Source: an uncultured Anaerolineales bacterium | GTDB lineage: Bacteria > Planctomycetota > Phycisphaerae > FEN-1346 | Direction of reading: 5' to 3' | Assembly (NCBI GenBank): GCA_964354185.1 | Contig: CAYGZE010000001.1 | Span: 1,939 to 65,938, forward strand | DNA length: 64,000 nucleotides | Part shown: positions 9,601-17,599 of the stretch, in pieces | How positions within the stretch are numbered: the stretch's first letter is position 1 | Layout of the letters: every line of letters begins with the position of its first letter | Program-made: the position numbers and the translations under genes | Notes under the pieces: generated by a model | Told to the model about the DNA's origin: nothing | Seen by the model: only the letters and a program-made list of their open reading frames with translations | Databases searched by the model: none

Positions 9601-10428
9601 TTACCGAAGTAGTGTGAGGGCCAACTGCGGCATGGCGTTCGCCTGGGCCAGCATGGCGACGCCGGCCTGCGCGAGCACCTGGTTCCGCGTCAGGGTGGAC
9701 ATCTCGCTGGCCACGTCGACGTCGCTGATGCGCGACTCGGCCGCCACCAGGTTCTCGGTCTGGATGTTGATGACCGAGATCGTGTGATCGAGCCGGTTCA
9801 TCGCGTAGCCGAACGACGCGCGGTTGCCGGCGTTGAGCCCGATGGCGGTGTCCAGGGCGGCGAGCGCGGCCTGGGCGTTCGTCGAGTCGGTGATGCTGGT
9901 GGCGATGAGGCTCAGGCCGGTGACCGCGCTCGTGGCGTCGACCAGCGTGACCTCGATGGCGTCGTTCGCGGTGTTGCCCGTGCCGAAGTGGATGTGGACG
10001 GTGGCGGCGGCGTCGTTGAGCAGTTCGACGCCGTTGAACGTCGTCGCGGCCGCGATCCGGTCGATCTCCTCCATCATGGCTTGGTACTCGTTGTCCATGA
10101 TGGCCAACTGCTCGGTGGTGTACGACTCCGTGGCCGCCTGCTCCGCCAGTTCCTTCATGCGGACGAGCACTTCGTCCACGACCGCCAGGGCGCCTTCGCC
10201 GGTCTGAAGCATGCTGATGCCGTCCTGGGCGTTCCGGGCGCCTTGCCTGAGCACCTGGATGTCGGCGCGCAGCACGTCGCGCACGGCCAGCCCTGCCGCG
10301 TCGTCCGCCGCACCGTTGATGCGGAGGCCGGACGACAGCCGCTCCACGGACTTGGCCAGCGCGTCATAGGTCGTGGCCACCGACCGCGAAGCGTTTTCCG
10401 CCATAAGGTTGTTCTTGATGGCAAGCAT
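9601..10428 (-). CDS. fliC: flagellin
   Basis: 275 aa; flagellin N-domain (RLSSGLRINGAADDAAGLAVRDVLRADIQVLRQGARNAQDGISMLQTGEGAL) and C-domain (ENLVAAESRISDVDVASEMSTLTRNQVLAQAGVAMLAQANAMPQLALTLLR) are unmistakable. Confidence 0.92.
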   Translation of the reverse strand: MLAIKNNLMAENASRSVATTYDALAKSVERLSSGLRINGAADDAAGLAVRDVLRADIQVLRQGARNAQDGISMLQTGEGALAVVDEVLVRMKELAEQAATESYTTEQLAIMDNEYQAMMEEIDRIAAATTFNGVELLNDAAATVHIHFGTGNTANDAIEVTLVDATSAVTGLSLIATSITDSTNAQAALAALDTAIGLNAGNRASFGYAMNRLDHTISVINIQTENLVAAESRISDVDVASEMSTLTRNQVLAQAGVAMLAQANAMPQLALTLLR

Positions 10429-10574
10429 GTCCGATTCTCCCTAGAGTGAGGAGGCTATCCTTCTGTGCGGGCCCCGCTGGCTCGCACTGTCGACCTTGGG
10501 TTGGTTTCCGACGACACCGACGCTCCGTGCGTGCTGGCGCGCATTATGTGGCCATCCTTGTGGATTCACGGTTC

Positions 10575-10604
10575 ATTATCGAAGGGGCGGCGGACAACTT
10601 GAGG
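10575..10604 (-). promoter_or_regulatory. putative sigma-28 (FliA) class-III promoter of fliC
   Basis: Minus-strand sequence TCAAGTTG-N11-TTCGATAA (consensus TAAAGTTT-N11-GCCGATAA). It lies ~150 nt upstream of the flagellin ATG and has the same spacing as the flgM promoter. Confidence 0.4.
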
Positions 10605-10725
10605 ACTTTCCGGGAAGGGGGGCGCCGCGGCCCCAGCCGGAGGCGTCGGCCGGGCCTGGCGCGAAGGCCTCTGGCCGCCGGCTGGAGACCTCTAAGGAAC
10701 AAGGGGGAAGGGGGCGGGAAGTGCC

Positions 10726-10847
10726 GTAAGTCCTTGTGGCAAAAGAACCTAGGTGATGTGCGCCGGGGCCGCCGGGCCCGCCCGGGGGGTGCCTGACCGC
10801 CTCAGGCCGACCCCTGGGGAGCGATTCTGACTATAAGTCCTTGTGGC
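10726..10847. repeat. two copies of an AT-rich direct repeat (CCGTAAGTCCTTGTGGC / ATAAGTCCTTGTGGC) 107 bp apart in the flgM-fliC intergenic region
   Basis: Exact 14-mer TAAGTCCTTGTGGC at 10727-10740 and 10834-10847. Each is followed by a related ~20-nt tail (aAAaGAaCcTAGGtG / tcAaGgAcaTAGGaG). A third copy of CCGTAAGTCCTT sits at 37905-37916, next to the fliK sigma-54 promoter. Confidence 0.4.
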
Positions 10848-10920
10848 TCAAGGACATAGGAGGAGTTTGCGTCGCCGGTGGTGCCAGCGGTGCCTGCCGC
10901 TCACATCCCGGCGCAAAGGA

Positions 10921-10947
10921 AACGGCCCATGGCTTGCACGGGCCGTT
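10921..10947 (-). terminator. possible terminator hairpin downstream of flgM
   Basis: AACGGCCC-atggcttgcac-GGGCCGTT (8-bp stem) 56 nt after the flgM stop. On the minus strand it is followed by TTTCCTTTGCGCC, a weak T-tract. Confidence 0.3.
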
Positions 10948-11002
10948 CCTTCCGGGCACTTGCACGGCGAACGCTGGATGTAGGGGTAGCCTCCTCGCTT
11001 GC

Positions 11003-11287
11003 CTAGATGCCGTCCCGGAGAAGCCTTTCCGCGGCCCTGACGGCGGCCTCGGGGGTGTCCAGCGAGCCGGAGGCGAGGAGACGCTTGGCCTCCGCGACGG
11101 CGTCGGGCCGGACCTCGGGGGCCTCGGCCGCACGGCGGGCATAGGGCTCGATGTCAGGTCCTTGCGGGCCCGGCGCTTGGGTGGGCCTGCCGGTCGCGTT
11201 TGCGGGCTGATCCGGACGGACCAGGTTCCTGGCGCCTCCGGGGACATGCAGGGGGTCAACGCCGTGGGTTCCCTCGATCTGCATCAT
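11003..11287 (-). CDS. flgM: anti-sigma-28 factor FlgM
   Basis: 94 aa; a disordered N-terminus and the C-terminal VRPDAVAEAKRLLASGSLDTPEAAVRAAERLL match the FlgM sigma-28-binding helices. It has its own sigma-28 promoter and is adjacent to fliC. Confidence 0.6.
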   Translation of the reverse strand: MMQIEGTHGVDPLHVPGGARNLVRPDQPANATGRPTQAPGPQGPDIEPYARRAAEAPEVRPDAVAEAKRLLASGSLDTPEAAVRAAERLLRDGI

Positions 11288-11319
11288 GTCGCTCCGCTGC
11301 TAAGGTTCTCCCCTAAGTA

Positions 11320-11346
11320 TTGTCAGCATCCGCGCGCGGAACTTTA
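11320..11346 (-). promoter_or_regulatory. putative sigma-28 (FliA) promoter of flgM
   Basis: Minus-strand TAAAGTTC-N11-GCTGACAA ~35 nt upstream of the flgM start. This is a near-consensus class-III flagellar promoter. Confidence 0.5.
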
Positions 11347-11406
11347 GGAAAAATCCGGGCGGCGGGCGGTTTTTCCGCTGCCGCGTCTCACGGGTTCCGG
11401 CGCGGC

Positions 11407-12054
11407 TCAACGGGCGGCCCCCCCGTCGGGCAGGGTCGCGGCCGCCTCCTGGGCGACGAACTTCTGAAAAGCCCTCGAACTGACCAGGGCGATCCGCCAT
11501 TGGAGCGGGCTGTCGCCGCTCTCGACCGAGCGGCGGTAGTAGTCCTCAATGCGCTGCTGGGTCCGGCGGTCGCTGGTGTCCCACGTGTGGTCGACGGCCC
11601 ACAGGAGCCGGCCGTCCCTGAGGTCCACGAGCCGCAGGTACAGCCCCCCCTGCAAGTGCGGGTAGGGCCGAAAGGCCGTGACGGTGCCGACGAGGGCGGC
11701 GTCGCAGCGGAAGGCCTTGCGCATGTCGGCCAGTTCCCGAAGGGTGATCGCCTGGCCCGAGGGGCGGCACCAGGGACCGCCGGTGTCGGTGGTGGCCGGG
11801 ACGAGGCTGACCTGGAAGAGGCGTCGCCCCTGGAGGGCCTGGAGGAGTTCCGTCGTCAGGCCCTCCTCGACGCCCGGGAAGTCGGTGGCGTTGGCGAGGG
11901 GGACGAAGGCGACGCGGTTGAGCCGCAGGACCCCCCCGGCCGGGTCGAGGTAGTGCCCGACGCGCAGGCGTGCCTGGTTGGACCAGCAGCCGGCCGTGAG
12001 GACGGCCGCCAAGCACGCGGCCAGGATCAGGATGGGGCTACGGCGTGGAGTCAC
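11407..12054 (-). CDS. lipoprotein, possibly a FlgP/LPP20-like flagellar outer-membrane lipoprotein
   Basis: 215 aa; signal peptide with lipobox LTAG|C (MTPRRSPILILAACLAAVLTAGCWS). Globular ~190-aa domain. It overlaps the upstream lipoprotein gene by 17 nt and sits between fliA and flgM. The FlgP assignment rests on size, lipidation and context only. Confidence 0.6.
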   Translation of the reverse strand: MTPRRSPILILAACLAAVLTAGCWSNQARLRVGHYLDPAGGVLRLNRVAFVPLANATDFPGVEEGLTTELLQALQGRRLFQVSLVPATTDTGGPWCRPSGQAITLRELADMRKAFRCDAALVGTVTAFRPYPHLQGGLYLRLVDLRDGRLLWAVDHTWDTSDRRTQQRIEDYYRRSVESGDSPLQWRIALVSSRAFQKFVAQEAAATLPDGGAAR

Positions 12055-12688
12055 TGGCGGATTCCTTCTTGTCCGGTTGAGGGGCCGTGGCGGCTCTCCT
12101 CGGGGGTGTGGTCGGCTCGACGCTGGTCGTGGGCGCGGCGGCCTTCTTCAGCGCGGCGGGCTCGGCGGCGGCGACGGGCGCGGCAGCGGGCGTGACCGAG
12201 GCGGCCTCGGGCTGGGGCGTCTCGCCGCCCAGGAGCCGCAGGACCTTGCCGAGCGCCTCCAGTTCAGCCAGGTGGGCCCGGCGCATCTCGTCGCGGTATC
12301 CGAGGACGTCGGCTTTCCACCGGTTGTTCTCCTGGCGGACCTCGATCAGGAGGGCATTGGCCGCCTCCAGTTCACTGGTGGCCTTGGCGAGGTCGGCCTT
12401 GGCGGCGTCGAGTTGCTGCTGGAAGGAGCGGTTCTCATCGAGGAGTTTGCGGCCCCGCTGCTGCTCCTGGGACAGGTCCTCGACCGTGCGGGCGTACTTC
12501 TCGGACCACAAGAGGGCGCTCTCGACGGCGGGGGCCTTGTCGGGCGGGGTGTCCTGGGCGACGGCGCCCTTCGAGAGGTACTCGGTGCCGGCACCCGGCC
12601 CTTCCACGAGGACACTGGGTTTCCAGGCGGTCTGGCAACCTGCGGAGACCATCGCCAGGGCCAGGATCAACGAGACGGCGCGGCGCAT
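12038..12688 (-). CDS. coiled-coil lipoprotein (hypothetical; flagellar-associated by context)
   Basis: 216 aa; lipobox MVSAG|C. Central coiled coil (QQQLDAAKADLAKATSELEAANALLIEVRQENNRWK). C-terminal Pro/Ala/Thr-rich linker. Translationally coupled to the downstream lipoprotein gene. Confidence 0.6.
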   Translation of the reverse strand: MRRAVSLILALAMVSAGCQTAWKPSVLVEGPGAGTEYLSKGAVAQDTPPDKAPAVESALLWSEKYARTVEDLSQEQQRGRKLLDENRSFQQQLDAAKADLAKATSELEAANALLIEVRQENNRWKADVLGYRDEMRRAHLAELEALGKVLRLLGGETPQPEAASVTPAAAPVAAAEPAALKKAAAPTTSVEPTTPPRRAATAPQPDKKESASDSTP

Positions 12689-12713
12689 GACTGGACCTCC
12701 TTCTTGACCTGAT

Positions 12714-13010
12714 TCATGGGTTTGCTTTCCGAGCGGGCGGCTCCGGGCCGCCCGAGCCTGACTGCTGGCCGTCAGGCTGGCCGATCGGGGCCGGATCCTG
12801 CCACCGGCACTCGATGTGGGTCACGTTGCCGCAGGGGCACCGCACTTCGAGGACCACGCAGTCGGCGTGCCGCTCGACGACGCGGACCGCGGTCTCGCCC
12901 CCGGCCGCAGGGGCCGAGGCGCGGTGCATCCCTGGGGCCGCGCCGATGCGGCGGGGCGCGGCCGACTTGACGCGGCTCTTCTTCAGGATGCGTGTCAGTG
13001 CGGCACTCAT
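12714..13010 (-). CDS. small Cys-cluster protein (possible zinc-ribbon), hypothetical
   Basis: 98 aa with DCVVLEVRCPCGNVTHIEC (C-x7-C-x-C-x6-C). It lies in the same orientation between fliA and the lipoprotein genes. No recognisable family, so coding status is uncertain. Confidence 0.35.
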   Translation of the reverse strand: MSAALTRILKKSRVKSAAPRRIGAAPGMHRASAPAAGGETAVRVVERHADCVVLEVRCPCGNVTHIECRWQDPAPIGQPDGQQSGSGGPEPPARKANP

Positions 13011-13295
13011 TCGCCTGGTTCCTCCCGTCGGTCCCCGGCAAGGCTCACGCCAGGGCGTCGAGCGCGTGTCCCTCCCCCTCGGGGGCCCCCGCGGGCGGCG
13101 GGGGGCTCTCGCCGCGCGCCTCCCCCGGACCGGCCGGCGGTGACGTCGCGGTGGCAGGCCGCGCGGCGGGGCGTCGCGGCCTGGCGTCTCGCGGGCGCCG
13201 GTGCGGCGTTCGCCTGTCGCGCTGGGGGACCCGGCCGAGGCCGGCCACCTCGCGCGGGCCGTCGGGTCCGACCACGGAGTCGTTTTCGGGGGTGC

Positions 13296-14078
13296 TCATG
13301 GGGCGCTCCTCAATCGCAGGGACAACTTCATCAGGGCGCTGGCGTGCACCTGGCTGACGCGGGATTCGGTGATCTCGAGAACCTCGGCGACCTCCTTCAT
13401 GGTCAGGTCGTGGTCATAGTAGAGGAGGAGGAGTTTGCGTTCGCGTTCCGGGAGTTCGCGGATCGCCCGGGTCATCCGGTCGACCATCTCGCGGCGCTGG
13501 ACCTCGGTCTCGGGGGTGGGCGTGGTGTCGGCCGGGACGAGGGGCCCGAGCGTGGGCCCGTCCTCGCTCAGGCCGTGGATCGACAGGAAGTGCTGGCAGC
13601 GGGCCTCTTCGAGCGTCCGGTAGTACTTGTCCAGGGGGACGCCGGCCTCGTCGGCTAGTTGCTCGTCGGTGGGGACGCGGCCGTGGGCGGCCAGGAGGCG
13701 CCCGTAGGCGCGGCGGATCTTGCGGACCAGGCGGTAGACGTTCGCCGACACCCACGACCGGTTCCGCAACTCGTCGATCACGGCCCCGCGGATGCGGATG
13801 TAGGCGTAGGTCTTGAACTCCGCATGTTTCGATTCGTCGTAGGCGCGGGCGGCCTTGACGAGCCCGACCGTGCCGGCCGAGATGAGGTCGTCCTCGTCCC
13901 GGGCCCGCCCGAGCGTGGCGACGACCTTCTGCACGACGTGCCGCACCAGAGGGAGGTGCGCCACGATCCACTGGTCCTCGGCGGTGCGGCGGGACTGCTG
14001 GGCGTAGGCGCGGCTGGCCTTCGCCTGGAGGGCTTTCTGCGGCGGCTTGTCGACGGCGTTTTGCGTGTCCGTTCTCAA
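13296..14078 (-). CDS. fliA: flagellar sigma factor FliA (sigma-28)
   Basis: 260 aa; sigma-70 region 2 (DLISAGTVGLVKAARAYDESKHAEFKTYAYIRIRGAVIDELR), region 3 and region 4 (LTMKEVAEVLEITESRVSQVHASALMKL). It lies downstream of flhA, and two sigma-28-type promoters occur in the window. Confidence 0.88.
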   Translation of the reverse strand: MRTDTQNAVDKPPQKALQAKASRAYAQQSRRTAEDQWIVAHLPLVRHVVQKVVATLGRARDEDDLISAGTVGLVKAARAYDESKHAEFKTYAYIRIRGAVIDELRNRSWVSANVYRLVRKIRRAYGRLLAAHGRVPTDEQLADEAGVPLDKYYRTLEEARCQHFLSIHGLSEDGPTLGPLVPADTTPTPETEVQRREMVDRMTRAIRELPERERKLLLLYYDHDLTMKEVAEVLEITESRVSQVHASALMKLSLRLRSAP

Positions 14079-14299
14079 CGCCCTGGTCCTTCATGCCCCC
14101 CCTTGGGACCGCCACGATGCAGCACGTCTGCCGTCACGGAGACCAGCACTCCTGCCGCCACCCGCGCCACGAAGTAGAGGACCGCGGCGCCGACGAGGGC
14201 CCGGAGGCTGCACGCGGCCGGCGGCACGCCGCTCGCGGTGCCGACGATCGCCAGCACCAGGAGGCCGACGACCGCGACCCGGATGGCGGCACGGTTCAT
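14075..14299 (-). CDS. small 2-TM membrane protein (hypothetical) between flhA and fliA
   Basis: 74 aa (MNRAAIRVAVVGLLVLAIVGTASG...AVLYFVARVAAGVLVSV). Its stop overlaps the fliA start (ATGA). It occupies the position where flhF/flhG usually sit. Coding status is uncertain. Confidence 0.35.
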   Translation of the reverse strand: MNRAAIRVAVVGLLVLAIVGTASGVPPAACSLRALVGAAVLYFVARVAAGVLVSVTADVLHRGGPKGGHEGPGR

Positions 14300-14330
14300 G
14301 GCTACCTCTCACCCCTTCCGTCCGAATCCG

Positions 14331-16490
14331 TCAGGTTGCGGCCAGGGCCGGCGCGGGCCCGGTCACTGCCCTCGCCGTCTGGCGGTCGCCGTTGGCGGCC
14401 GCCAGGGAGACCGTGGCGACCGATTCGACCTTCGTGCCGACGGCCACTTCGTCGTAGGAGAGGACCGGGAGTTGCGGCAGTTGGCGCGACAGCAGGGCGG
14501 CCAAGTGGGGCCGGAGGCGGTAGTCCGCCAGAAGCACGGCCTTGTCGTGGCCCTCGTTCATGGCGTTCTGCCAGGCGCGGCTGATGCGGCGCGACAGGTC
14601 GAGCGCGCGGTCGGGCGCCAGCGAGAGCGCCTCGGCCTGACCCTCCTGGGCCAGGGCCGCGCGCAGTTCGTACTCGAGCGCGGGCTCCAGGACGATGGCG
14701 GTCAGCCGCCCCGCAGCGTCGGTGTGCTGCTCGGTGATCGCGCGGATCAGGGCCTTCCGGACGAGTTCCGTGAGGACGGCGGGGTCCTTGGTCCGGGCGG
14801 CGTGATCGCCCAGCGCCTCGAGAATCTGGGGAAGGTTCCGGAGGGGGATGCCGTCCCGCAGCAGGTTCTGGAGGACGCGGTGGAGGAGGCCGACGGGGAC
14901 GGCATCGCCCACGGCGCCGCTGACGAGCGCGGGCTGCTTCTGGCGGAGGCGGTCCACGAGGTTCTGGACGTCGTCGCGCGAGAGAATCTCGTGGGCGTGG
15001 CGGCGGAGAACCTCCGACAGGTGGGTCGCCAGGACCGACTCGGGGTCGACGACCGTGTAGCCGGCCAACTCGGCCTCGGGCTTCTGGTCGGCGGTGATCC
15101 AGACGGCCGGCAGTTGGAAAACGGGCTCGCGCGTGGCCTGGCCGACGATGGGTTTCTGGACGGTGCCGGGGTCCATGGCGAGGAAGCGGTCGGGTTCGAG
15201 GACGCCGGAGGCCACGGCGTGGCCGTGCACGCGGATCTCGTAGGCGTTCGGTTCGAGGGCGACGTTGTCGCGCAGGCGGATCAGGGGCAGGACGATCCCC
15301 CACTCGGACGCGAACCGCCGCCGCAAGGGCCCGATCCGGTGGAAGACGCTGTCTTTGCGCCGCGGGTCGACGGTCTTGATCAGGCGCGGGCCGACGAAGA
15401 TGGCGATCCGGTCGACGTCGAGGAGTTCCTCGACGCGGCCCTGGTCGGGCTCGGGGGCGGCCTTGGCGGGCTCGGCCTTGGCGGCGGCCTCCTTCTCGGC
15501 GCGGCCGAGGATCCTGGCCACGGCGCCCGCGCCCAGGGCGAGCACGATGAAGGGCGCCCTGGGGAACCCCGGGACGAACGCCATCGCGCCCAGGAGGAGG
15601 GCGGCGATGCCGACGGGGCGGCTCCGGGCCAGCATCTGACGGAACAGGGCCTGGCTCAGGTTCTCCTTGCTCGAGGTCTTCGTGATCAGGAAGCCGGCGC
15701 TCGTGGAGATGATGAGGGCGGGGATCTGGCTGACCAGACCGTCGCCGATCGCCAGGATGGAGTAGGTCTCGACGCTCTTCTGGATCGTGAGGCCGCGCGT
15801 CAGGCCGATGGCGATGCCGCCGACGAGGTTGACGGCGGTGATGACGAGCCCGGCGATGGCGTCGCCGCGGATGAACTTCGAGGCGCCGTCCATGGCGCCG
15901 TAGAACTCGCTCTCGCGGGCGATCTTCTCGCGGCGCTGGCGGGCCTCGTCCTCGCCGACGAGGCCCGCGTTCAGGTCGGCGTCGATCGCCATCTGCTTGC
16001 CCGGCATGGCGTCGAGGTTGAAGCGGGCGGCCACTTCGCTGATCCGCTCGGCGCCCTTGGTGATCACGACGAACTGGATGATCACCAGGATGAGGAACAC
16101 CACCAGGCCGATTTCGAGACTGCCGCCCGCGACCACGTGGCCGAACGTCCGAATGATGGCCCCCGCGTCCGCCTGGCTCAGGATCAGCCGCGTCGACGCC
16201 ACGTTCAGCGCCAGCCGGAACAAGGTCACGAACAGGAGGAGCGACGGGAACGTCGACAGTTCGATCGACTCGCACGTCGACAGGACCGTCACCATGGTGC
16301 CGACGGCGATGGCGATGCTGCACGCCAAGAGGAGGTCCATCAGGAGCGTGGGCAGGGGGATGAGCAACGTGGCCAGGATCATGGCCAGGCCGGCGGCGAA
16401 CAGGAGGTCGTTATGGGCCAGGAGCCGCTTCAGGCCCGACGGGGCCGCGGCGAAGAGCGCGGGGGGGGCGTCGTCTTTGCGGGTCGTCAT
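14331..16490 (-). CDS. flhA: flagellar export apparatus protein FlhA
   Basis: 719 aa; conserved TM region (LLFAAGLAMILATLLIPLPTLLMDLLLACSIAIAVGTMV...FVTLFRLALNVASTRLIL), the FHIPEP motif region (GAMDGASKFIRGDAIAGLVIT) and a cytoplasmic ring domain. Confidence 0.95.
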   Translation of the reverse strand: MTTRKDDAPPALFAAAPSGLKRLLAHNDLLFAAGLAMILATLLIPLPTLLMDLLLACSIAIAVGTMVTVLSTCESIELSTFPSLLLFVTLFRLALNVASTRLILSQADAGAIIRTFGHVVAGGSLEIGLVVFLILVIIQFVVITKGAERISEVAARFNLDAMPGKQMAIDADLNAGLVGEDEARQRREKIARESEFYGAMDGASKFIRGDAIAGLVITAVNLVGGIAIGLTRGLTIQKSVETYSILAIGDGLVSQIPALIISTSAGFLITKTSSKENLSQALFRQMLARSRPVGIAALLLGAMAFVPGFPRAPFIVLALGAGAVARILGRAEKEAAAKAEPAKAAPEPDQGRVEELLDVDRIAIFVGPRLIKTVDPRRKDSVFHRIGPLRRRFASEWGIVLPLIRLRDNVALEPNAYEIRVHGHAVASGVLEPDRFLAMDPGTVQKPIVGQATREPVFQLPAVWITADQKPEAELAGYTVVDPESVLATHLSEVLRRHAHEILSRDDVQNLVDRLRQKQPALVSGAVGDAVPVGLLHRVLQNLLRDGIPLRNLPQILEALGDHAARTKDPAVLTELVRKALIRAITEQHTDAAGRLTAIVLEPALEYELRAALAQEGQAEALSLAPDRALDLSRRISRAWQNAMNEGHDKAVLLADYRLRPHLAALLSRQLPQLPVLSYDEVAVGTKVESVATVSLAAANGDRQTARAVTGPAPALAAT

Positions 16491-17581
16491 GGGGCGCCGC
16501 GCCTCCCGGCAGCGGGCACGCGCTGCCTGCGGAGCCGGTAGATCATGGCCAGGACCTCGGCGACGGCCACGTAGAGCGGCTCGGGCACGATGTCGCCGGC
16601 GTCACACGTCTGGTAGATCGCACGGGCGAGTTCCGGCCGATGGACGATCGGGACGTCGTGAGACCGGGCGATCTCCTTGATCTTCTCGCACAAGAGGTCG
16701 GCCCCCTTGGCGACGACCTGGGGGGCGTTCATCGCCGTTGCGTCGTACTTCAGGGCCACCGCCACGTGGGTCGGGTTCGTGACGACGACGTCGGCGGTCG
16801 GGACGGCCTGGAGCATGCGCCGGCGGACCATCTCGAACTGGACGGCGCGGATGCGGCTGCGAACCTCCGGCGAAACCTCGTGCTGCCGCCGCTCCTCTTT
16901 GATCTCCTGGCGGTTCATGCGCATGTCGCGCCGGTGCTGCCACCACTGGTACAGGGCGTCCAGGACCGCGATGGCCAGCAGGGCGACGGCGATCCGGGCC
17001 GTCACGCCGAAGACGCCGTCCAGCGTGGCCTTCAGGCCCTCCAGCGGCGACGACCACACCAGCGCCAGGCACAGGCCGAGTTTGTCGCGGAAGTACGCAA
17101 CCACGATCGCGCCGATGACCGCCACCTTGACGGCCGAGGCGGCCAGGTGGACCACCGACCGCCCCGAGACCAGGTGCTTCAGGCCGTTGGCCGGGTTCAG
17201 CCGGTCCATGTTGATCCGCAGCGCCTTGGGCGCGACCGACCAGCCGCTCACGACCACGCTGCCGAGGACGGCCGACGCGCTCATCGCGATCATGAACGGC
17301 GCAAGGGCCACGAGCGCCTCGATCCCCTTGTCCTGGAGCAGGCGGATGGCCGACTCCGCGTCGAACGACCCGGCGCGGTCGAACGTGCACCCCTCGGCCA
17401 CCAGCCGCGAGAACCAGCGCCATAGGGCCGGTCCCGCCAGGGACGTGGCCACGAGCAGCGTCCCCAGGGCGAGGGCGGCCGACATCTCCTGGCTCTGGGG
17501 GACCTTCCCTTCCTCCCGGGCCTTGCGCAGCCGCTCCGGGGTCGGGGGTTCGGTCCTCTCACTTGCCGGTCGGTCTGCCAT
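16487..17581 (-). CDS. flhB: flagellar export apparatus protein FlhB
   Basis: 364 aa; the autocleavage site NPTH is present (VVVTNPTHVAVALKY), with four TM helices. Its stop overlaps the flhA start by 4 nt. Confidence 0.92.
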   Translation of the reverse strand: MADRPASERTEPPTPERLRKAREEGKVPQSQEMSAALALGTLLVATSLAGPALWRWFSRLVAEGCTFDRAGSFDAESAIRLLQDKGIEALVALAPFMIAMSASAVLGSVVVSGWSVAPKALRINMDRLNPANGLKHLVSGRSVVHLAASAVKVAVIGAIVVAYFRDKLGLCLALVWSSPLEGLKATLDGVFGVTARIAVALLAIAVLDALYQWWQHRRDMRMNRQEIKEERRQHEVSPEVRSRIRAVQFEMVRRRMLQAVPTADVVVTNPTHVAVALKYDATAMNAPQVVAKGADLLCEKIKEIARSHDVPIVHRPELARAIYQTCDAGDIVPEPLYVAVAEVLAMIYRLRRQRVPAAGRRGAP

Positions 17582-17599
17582 CGGTCCCGAGTCACCTCG

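Noticed and set aside
10446-10796. Small plus-strand ORFs (116 aa and 77 aa) in the flgM-fliC intergenic region
   Set aside because: No RBS and an Arg/Gly-rich composition. The region is better explained as the 5' UTR and promoter of fliC, which contains a sigma-28 element and the repeat motif.
13045-13299. 84-aa minus-strand ORF immediately downstream of fliA
   Set aside because: Very low complexity (Arg/Pro/Ala/Gly) with no hydrophobic core. It is probably noncoding spacer. Flagged under the fliA-downstream finding but not called as a feature.
14238-16541. 767-aa (plus strand) and 673-aa (minus strand, 14302-16323) ORFs overlapping flhA
   Set aside because: Alternative frames of the flhA locus with Arg/Gly/Asp/Pro-rich low-complexity translations. 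flhA in the third frame is highly conserved.
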